Shown here: piece after piece, positions 55,651-64,000 of the stretch | Position numbering within the stretch: the first letter of the stretch is position 1 | Layout of the letters: every line of letters starts with the position of its first letter | Source: Octopus vulgaris | Taxonomy: Eukaryota | DNA: 64,000 nucleotides | Assembly (NCBI GenBank): GCA_951406725.2 | Contig: OX597815.1 | Span: 11,470,001 to 11,534,000 of the forward strand | Direction: 5' to 3' | Program-made: the position numbers and the translations under genes | The notes under the pieces: generated by a model | What the model was told of the DNA's origin: nothing | Database searches by the model: none | The model's input: only the letters and a program-made list of their open reading frames with translations

Positions 55651-58600
55651 TATAGAGTGTTACGTGTGATGTACAGAAATTGAATATTTCTTTCCTTCAA
55701 TTTCTGTACTTCACACCTAACACTCTCTACTTATCTCCTTGGATGTACAAAGTGTCAGAATGAATGTATCACAAGCAAACTCGTAGCCGAGAAACATCAA
55801 ATATACAGAACTTCTCACAGAAATATCTAATAGGTTGAATTTATTTATTTCAAGAGTGGATACAATCTTCACCAATGCAGATAAAACTGTGAATGATGCC
55901 CGTACAGAAGGTGCTGTAACAATAGAGACAAACAACAAAAATGTAGGAAGAACGAACTCACTTGAAACCAAGTCTCTGTAAGTTCCACGACAAAACACCT
56001 TGAAGCCACATCTCTGGAAAAAAATACTTCTTAATCAACGGAAACATGCATATTGGAGAAGCATTCGATGCAACAATATAGAAAACACCTACCAGAATTG
56101 GCGAAACAAAGGAAGCCTAATCCTGCCCAGAAAATTTTTTATTAAAGAAATAGGAATTGAATCATTGGAAGAGACAATGACACTTGCGAATTTAGCTTTA
56201 TGCCGACAAGAAACAGAAATCGCTCTTGTACAATCAAGAAAAATAAGACACGAAGAGAAAGTAAAAAATATTGACGCAGTCGTATTTGCTGAAATTGCTG
56301 AGCAGAGTGAAAATCAATGTCATGAAAACCTGCAAAAACTATGGAAAGAAGACACAAAACGGGAAGAAGAAAAATCCATAAAAATGTGGTTCACTAACTA
56401 TGAAAAAAGAAAAACTATGGAGACAAATCCATTATGAAAACGAAGCCACATCAACAAAAGAAAAAAGAAATACGAAGAAATCGAAACCAAATACTAACCC
56501 CAGAGGAACAGGACTGAAGTATTGAACCTGTAATAACCCAAGAACGTACGCGGAAATTACCTCCATCTCACATCAAGTACAGACTAGAAAACCATATTCT
56601 AAAATATATAACACTGCAAATAGCCAACACATGAAATATAGAAGACAACCATCAAACCATAAATTCAAACACTATAGATAGATAAATACAAAGGAAATAA
56701 TACATGAAAGACGAATGACATACAGACAATCACCAACCCGTAACAACATGCACCCCAGATGGATGAATACATGGGTAGAAAAACAAATAAAATACAGACA
56801 GCACATGTACTATAATAGGAATAATAGTCATCATGATAACTCAAGCTACTCACGATTTACGACCAAAAATCCCATATATCCTGAATGGCGAAAAAGGCAT
56901 GGAAGATGGGAAGAAAAGAAAACTTATAACCAACGGAATTCGTATAAAAGACATGAACTATCCTTCCGCCTACATGGGAACCAGAACGCCGAAATCATAA
57001 AATGGAGACATGGTAATACAATTCCTTTTTTAGGGAGAAACAACCAAAATTGCGCACTTGCCTAGATAAAATACATAATTTAAATGAACACACAGAACAT
57101 ATAGACCCGAAGATCATAAATTTGTCAAATAAACAAGAGTCATATGAATCTCCCATTAAAAGGTTTCAAGTTTATCCCGACACCCACCCCTAATTTCACT
57201 GAACTGAAATCTGATATTGAACACTTCAACTGCCACTTCCGACTTAGAATTCTTCAGCAGTAAAGAATTAAATGACGAATCAATAGTCAGAAATAATCCC
57301 ACTTCCCCCTACAAGGGAAAGGACAAATAGTTAGACGCGTATATAGAGACGATTTAAAAATTTCCCCTAAATACCAACAGATGCAAACAAAACCTTCGTG
57401 AAGAAGAAAGGCAAGCCTTACAAACACTGAAGAATGACAACCCAGTCATTCTAAAAGAAGCCGATGAGGGAGGGGCGATAGTAATAATGGACAAGGGCTA
57501 TTATAAAGATAAAATACTGGAAATGTTAACAAACTAAACCTACTACAAGGAAGAACCAAGACACTCAGAAAAAACGATAATGAATAAAATCAGAAGACTA
57601 ATCAATGAATTCCAAGATTCCTTCACAGACAAGGAGAAAGATTATATATGCAACTCTGTAATCAAAGAGAGCAATTTCTACGGATTTTGGGTACAAAATC
57701 CACAGAAGCTCCGAAATACAAACTGCCATAAATAAGCAGAAGAACCAGTACGCAAAAATACTAAACCCTGCTGACCTCAAACTAAGGCCAATAGTTGCTG
57801 GACCTCAAGCACTAACACAACAACTAATTCATTTTTTGTAGATATACTCCTAAACCCTGTAATGCCTAGTCATGTACAGGATGGCATAGACTCCATCCAA
57901 CACATCCCTCCCACTGTCGCAGAAGTTGCTATACGCACAAGTTTTGATGTCACCAATCTCTATACTAATATACCTCACACTTTAGGTCTAGAAGCCTCAA
58001 CACTGGGTGGAGAAACATAGAGAACGGATAAATGAACGCTTCAAGACTTACTTCACCACCTAGGCCACACGCCTAGAACTAAAATAAAATACCTTTAGAT
58101 TCGACAATAAAACATACCAACGTATAGGGCATGGCTATGGGTACGCGATTTGCACCCTCATATGCAAACTTAGTTATGGGATACTTGGAAGAAAAACTCT
58201 ATGAGGAAGTAGAAAAATCTTTTGATCAGGAGAATAAGAACTATATCATTAAAAAGTGGAAACGCTTCCTTGATGATTGCTTAATTTTCTGGGACAAATC
58301 GAATGAAGATCTAACTATATTTAACGTTATACTGAACACACTTGACCTATGCATCGAATTCATGACAGAATCCACTTGCAATGGACTACCATTCCTGGCT
58401 ATCCACATAAAAGTACAGAACTCCACTGTCACAACATACACAAACCAATATTTAAATTTCTATTTTTGCCATGTATCACACATCAAAAGAAACATCCCAT
58501 ACAGTATGGCAAGACACATCTTTGCTATAGTAACTGACCCCAAAATACGTGAAATACGACTCAACGAACTTAAAGGGTTCTTCAAGATGCATAAATACCC

Positions 58601-59310
58601 CTTATGATTAATTAATGAGGGAATTAAATTGGCGATGAAACTGAACATCACCCAACTACGCACACATGAAGAAAAAGTTAATGAAAACATGATTCCGTTC
58701 GTTAACGCATACAGTCCTGGAATAAACAACATCTTACACACCATAAAATCGAACAGACATATACTCATACAAAATTCCAAAATGAACAAATCTGATTGAA
58801 AAAAACACCTTTCGGAATATAAAACGTTAACCAAGAAGTCTTAAAAAACATCTCAAGAGCAGAATTCAAATCACAGAATAAATTAGAATTCTTAGTAAAA
58901 TAATGTGGGATAGGAGATGTGTAACATGAAACAACATCAACAACTTCAAATACTTGGAAAGTGGTTCCCACATAAAATTCAAGAGCGGATCCCTTTTCAA
59001 AATAAATGCAGTTATGAACGTCAAAACGCAAAAGCTTATATACTGCATTACCTGCCCAAACTGCAAAGTAGATTACATTGGCGAAATAAATAATTCCTTC
59101 TGCCAACGAGCAAGAATCCACAGGCAACACATCCGACAAGAGGAATTACGCAAGATTCCATTAAGTAAGAGTTTGGAAATATGCAGTGATGGAAAATTCA
59201 AAATGTTTCCCTTTTACAAATGTGCACTCCCAAAATTGGATGTTTCAAAGAAAAGCGGAGACAGTACATTTTGTATTCTAAATGTAACTCAAACATCGGA
59301 AACGTAATGC
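55650..59310 (+). mobile_element. Decayed Penelope-like retroelement (Naiad/Neptune-like): upstream ORF, RT and GIY-YIG endonuclease
   Basis: ILKEADEGGAIVIMD, LRPIVAGP, SFDVTNLYTNIPH, MAMGTRFAPSYANLVMG, WKRFLDDC, KRNIPYSMA, LIYCITCPNCKVDYIGE..RARIHRQHI, FKMFPFYK; 35 bp 5' fold-back at the (TA)n junction; many stops and frameshifts. Confidence 0.93.
55760..57065 (+). pseudogene. Upstream ORF region of the Penelope-like element (charged, helical-looking part then basic low-complexity part)
   Basis: ORF 56000-56437 WKKILLNQRKHAYW...LPRKF...LWKEDTKREEEKS and ORF 56715-57065; colinear with and upstream of the RT region. Confidence 0.55.
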
Positions 59311-59384
59311 TCATCTCTGTAAATATTCTGATGTAAATATGTGTGGCATTGAGATGTTCTGAGCTTTGCGTGTTCCTCTAGTTT

Positions 59385-59532
59385 GTCGCCGAGGTCGACT
59401 TTGCCTTTCATCCTTTCGGGGTCGATAAATTAAGTACCAGTTACGCACTGGGGTCGATGTAATCGACTTAATCACTTTGTCTGTCCTTGTTTGTCCCCTC
59501 TATGTTTAGCCCCTTGTGGGCAATAAAGAAAT
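59385..59532 (+). mobile_element. 5'-truncated family B SINE
   Basis: Nin block and long tail. Confidence 0.85.
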
Positions 59533-59826
59533 ATATACTAATGTTCCCTAATGCAAAAACATGAAATTGAAAGAGACGTAATCGAAGTTACACAGTATAA
59601 ACATGGACATGAAATACACACACGCACGCGCACACACTCGCACACATACACACGCGTGCGCGCACGCACAAACACTTCATCAGAGGATTCTCTCCCAAAT
59701 TGAATGTTTGAAGGTAAAGTAGAGAATTTGAATTTTTTATTCTAAATGTGGCTCATCTCTACAAATGTTCAAAGATATACATGTAGCTTGGGGATGTTCC
59801 TGCTCTACGTATATATGTTTTTATGT

Positions 59827-59859
<33 letters not shown>

Positions 59860-61095
59860 TATACCAATTAAGGACTGAACACGAAAAGTGGACAGTCAAC
59901 ATGCTAGATATAGACGTCAAATCGCCATTCTCCACAAAGATTATGTTCTCAAATAAAACTCAGCACAAAACCAAAGCAATAAAGAAGACAAATGAAAATA
60001 TACGAAATAAAATAATTACCCATGTACTGATCAGTTTCGGTTATTATTATCCGCAAGGATAACTGTAATTTCATCAGCATGGTCTGTTATGAATATAATT
60101 TGCTGGACTAGATGCAAAAACGACACCGGAGTGTCTCGTGCATGGAGTTCAACCGATTATATTCGAATGTATTTTTCAAATGCCTTTACTTTGGCGCGCT
60201 GAGGCCCGAAAAATCATATATATATAAATATAGGGTTTTATTTATTTAATTACAAAATATTTAATTTCCAAATATTATACTAATGTTTTTTTCATGCAGA
60301 ACTACATTTCATCCAAAAATTCTCTCTAAAATTGAATATTTGTAAGAAAAGAGGAGACGGTGCATTTTGAATACTAAATATAACTCAAACAGGAGAAAAA
60401 GAAAGAGAGGGGAAAAAGAAGGAAAATGGGAAGAGAAAGCAAAATGAATTTCAGTGATGACCACACCGCACGAGTTTCTTTTTTTTTTTTGAAGGGGTCA
60501 CCGTCCTTAAAACCATTCCAATACAATGGTAAATAAGTAAATGAATAAATGAATAAATTAATGTTGAATAGGAAGGGGTATCACCCTTCTCTCTCTTTTC
60601 CCCTTTTTTCTTTTTTTTTCTTTTCCTTTTTTTGTTCTTTTTTTTTCCTTTATTTTTGTTCTTTTTTCCCTTTTACGATCCCTTTTGATCGAAAACCTAC
60701 GCCACCTTTTTTTTTTCTCCCCGAAAAGAAAAGCTCTACCTTGTAACTTGTCCCATCTGTGTGCAGCCCTGTGTGGCCAATAAAGAAACTTATCATATCT
60801 CTATCTATCTATTTATCTTTCTATCTAACTATCTATCTATCTATCAGTCAGCCTATATACATCCTTACATTTCGATCTATCCATCCCCATTGTCATGGAA
60901 CCTCACCACCAAAAGAAACAAAGACAATATTCTCTTCTAAACAAAACCTCCCCAAAAACATCTGTTTTATATAAATGAACGAGCGTTTTGTACATTCACA
61001 GGGTTTTATTTGACAAGTTCGAGAAACAAAAGAAAGCGCTAATAATAATGATGAAGAAATAAGATATTTTCCAAAATTCTGACGAGCTTTTTGCT

Positions 61096-61142
<47 letters not shown>

Positions 61143-61144
<2 letters not shown>

Positions 61145-61982
61145 TATATAATTAGGGCTTAGTAAAATAAATTATTTTGCCACATACTGAACTTGCTAGA
61201 AATAGCAGCCAAAAAAAGTTTTTTTGCCATTTCCACTACTTAAAGAAAATTTCTCTCAGATAATGTTTACTCAAAATAACTCACGAAGGTATGGAGGTAA
61301 AAACAGAAAAATATCACAAGTACAAAGATTATTTGAGAACGTTAACGTTTCTAGATTAGCCAAATAAACTCAGCATTTCTTTCGTCAGCTCAACATTTCT
61401 TATTTTGGATTTGGAAGCACTAAAAAGAAAGAACATACCCTTTGGCGACTTATCACCTCAGATGACCCGTTCAGACTGCCAGTACCAACAAATTCAAAAT
61501 GTGCAAGCGAAGATTCACTGCTCTCCCCTTCCACCCACGTGGGTTATCTAGCAAACATTATATTTTAACGGTGAGAACCGAGGCAATATGACAGAGAGAA
61601 ATGAATTATATCAACAATTGAGGGTAAAATTAATTAGTCATTAATCAATTTCACCAAGTATTCAGTATGTAAAAGGACCATTTAAGGCGAATTCAAAATA
61701 TTACATTATATAATTAGGGCTTAGTAAAATAAATTACTTTGCCACATACTGAACTTGCTAGAAATAGCAGCCAAAAAAAAGTTTTTTTGCCATTTCCACT
61801 ACTTAAAGAAAATTTCTCTCAGATAATGTTTACTCAAAATAACTCACGAAGGTATGGAGGTAAAAACAGAAAAATATCACAAGTACAAAGATTATTTGAG
61901 AACGTTAACTTTATTTGAGAACGTTACATACTGAATACTTGGTGAAATTGATTAATAACTAATTAATTTTACCCTCAATTGT

Positions 61983-61989
<7 letters not shown>
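61143..61989 (-). mobile_element. HHR element (family H6): ~562 nt partial tandem unit with an inverted 5' arm, inside (TA)n
   Basis: Direct repeat 61143-61346 / 61705-61909; 61924-61989 is the inverse of 61607-61672. Confidence 0.88.
61333..61393 (-). ncRNA. Type I hammerhead ribozyme (H6)
   Basis: Minus strand ttgag CTGACGA aaga...tcta GAAA cgttaacg TT^ ctcaa; palindromic stem III; first stem II pair mismatched. Confidence 0.75.
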
Positions 61990-62045
<56 letters not shown>

Positions 62046-62605
62046 CACACATGTGAATTGTATATTTTATGTGTTGTGCTCTTGAGCAATGGACTCTATT
62101 TCAAGCTTCTCCAGCATAGATTATGGGGCTTAAATGTTTCTTACTTTCCATTAGTAAATGATTTTCGCCGGTATATCATATTGATAGTTATAGGTTATAA
62201 TAACTATTAATTATATCCATTTATTTAGAATGATTTATTATTATTTTTATAAAGTGATCTAACGTATTACATTTATTTTAATTTGAGAATTAATTTTGTT
62301 AGACAATGTATCATTTAATAATTAGGTGGTATATTTATTAATTAATATCAAATTTAGTAAATTTGTTTTTATATTAGTTGATATTTAGTCAACTATATTA
62401 TTGAGTAATATATTAAATCTATAGAAACTACACATATATATTAATTATATAGTTGGCTTATTTAATAGCTTGTCTATATTTGAACCGTTTCTTATTTTGA
62501 TTACAATATTAATGGCTTGTACTAGCATTGTGTATATTAATTAATTTTGAAGTATTGTATAATTTAAGTATTGTTTTTCGTTTTCACTTAATGTATATTT
62601 AATAT

Positions 62606-62658
<53 letters not shown>

Positions 62659-62717
62659 TTTAAAAGATTATTTACGTATATTTATTAATTAATTATTTTA
62701 TTATTGTAGTTTATTTT

Positions 62718-62824
62718 TAACCTGATGAGTGGATATATATATATACATCGAAGTGATGTTACTACTACTATTATTTTTTTAATATAATCATTTCTTAAAT
62801 ATAGCCACGAAACACGTGTCCTTA
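62718..62824 (+). ncRNA. Type I hammerhead ribozyme (family H7), first stem I pair mismatched
   Basis: taac CTGATGA gtggatatat...atatagccac GAAA cacgtg TC^ ctta; in a very AT-rich element about 62200-63000 with (TA)n. Confidence 0.78.
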
Positions 62825-63000
62825 TTCTACCAAATATATCCGTTTTTATTATTATTTTGCAATCTAATTAATCATCGGTATATTATTGTTATATTTCTAT
62901 TATTTAATTTATTATATTTCTATTATATGTAATTTGCTAGATGGTGTAATTTAATTGTTCATTTTGAATTGATAAAAGGTGTTTTTTTCTAATTTTTATA

Positions 63001-63155
63001 TATATATATACTGAGTAACAGCTTTTGTTATATTTCAGCTGCTTTTGAATAAAGCATATTACTGTACCTCTTGTTTCACATTTATGTACTTACTCCGGTA
63101 TATATATATATATATATATACTGAGTAACAGCTTTTGTTATATTTCAGCTGCTTT
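63001..63155 (+). repeat. 110 bp partial tandem unit punctuated by (TA)n
   Basis: tatatatatactgagtaacagcttttgttatatttcagctgcttt at 63001 and 63111. Confidence 0.8.
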
Positions 63156-63404
63156 GTCTTCCACCCCTGCTTCACAACCGAAGTTGGAGTACTTAAGTCC
63201 TGATGACTTAGCGGTTTGACCTAAAATATTGATAAAATAAGTATAAGGTTTATGATAAATTAAACATTGCGATCGATTCATTCGCCTGAAAGAAAACGTT
63301 TTCTACATGGTGTTGTCGAGGATTGGCAGAAGTCTAGTGAGTGAAATATGTAAAAGATTTATATATATCTACTATATGTTTATATATTTATTATTTTATT
63401 CTGT

Positions 63405-63615
63405 TATTCATTTACTTGTTTCAGTCATTTGACTGCGGCCATGCTGGTACATCACCTTTAAGCCGAAGAAATCTACCCTAGACTTATTCTTTGTAAGCCT
63501 GGTACTTATACCATCGGTCTTCTTCCGAACCACTAAATCACGGGGACAAAAACACATCTACATAAGTTGTGATGTGATAGTAAAGGTAAAACACACAGGC
63601 ACAAAGATGCACCCA

Positions 63616-63696
<81 letters not shown>

Positions 63697-63862
63697 GTAT
63701 GTATATCTATGACGGACTTCATTTCAGTTACCGTCTACCAAATCCACTCACATGGCTTTGGGCGCCCCGGGGCTATAGTAGAACACAATTACCACGCAGT
63801 GAAACTGAACCCGAAGCCAAGTGGATGGGAAGCAATTTATTTCCACACACCCTCGCCTACAC
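63405..63862 (-). mobile_element. Degraded family A SINE with expanded internal (TA)n
   Basis: Tail ttacttgtttcagtcatttgactgcggccatgctgg; ccgtctaccaaatccactcaca; ccacgcagtg..actgaaccc. Confidence 0.8.
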
Positions 63863-64000
63863 CCGTGTGTAATATTTGTGTGTAATATTTAACGGAAACA
63901 TTTTCAAGATATGATTCCTGCTTCATTGAAAATATGTTTGTAAATTATACATATGTATTTATGTAATATATGTTTTTGTCTCGCTGTCAACTAATTATCT

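Noticed and set aside
61078-61100. ctgacga-gc..gc as an HHR start
   Set aside because: Not followed by GAAA and a cleavage triplet
61390-61570. Open frames inside H6 as micropeptides
   Set aside because: Only one copy of this segment is present, so there is no comparative evidence of coding constraint

Overview
AT-rich, microsatellite-dense eukaryotic DNA, most likely an octopus (inferred from SINE families I recognise from memory). No intact host protein-coding gene is supported, and nearly all short ORFs in the track are microsatellite artefacts or decayed transposons. The window holds three tRNA-derived SINE families, decayed CR1-group, RTE, R4/Dong and I/Nimb LINEs, Chapaev3-type transposase relics, non-autonomous Helitrons and a decayed Penelope-like element (RT + GIY-YIG, 55.7-59.3 kb). 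The main signal is 12 type I hammerhead ribozyme (HHR) motifs from about 8 sequence families, read by eye. They sit in short non-autonomous elements, mostly embedded in (TA)n tracts. These elements show partial tandem units (468 and about 562 nt), circular permutation, head-to-head inversions and a shared covarying hairpin near the 3' end. Two families also carry small reading frames that look to be under coding constraint. Together this suggests a Penelope-mobilised, retrozyme-like RNA system, possibly peptide-coding. Nothing here was verified by computation.
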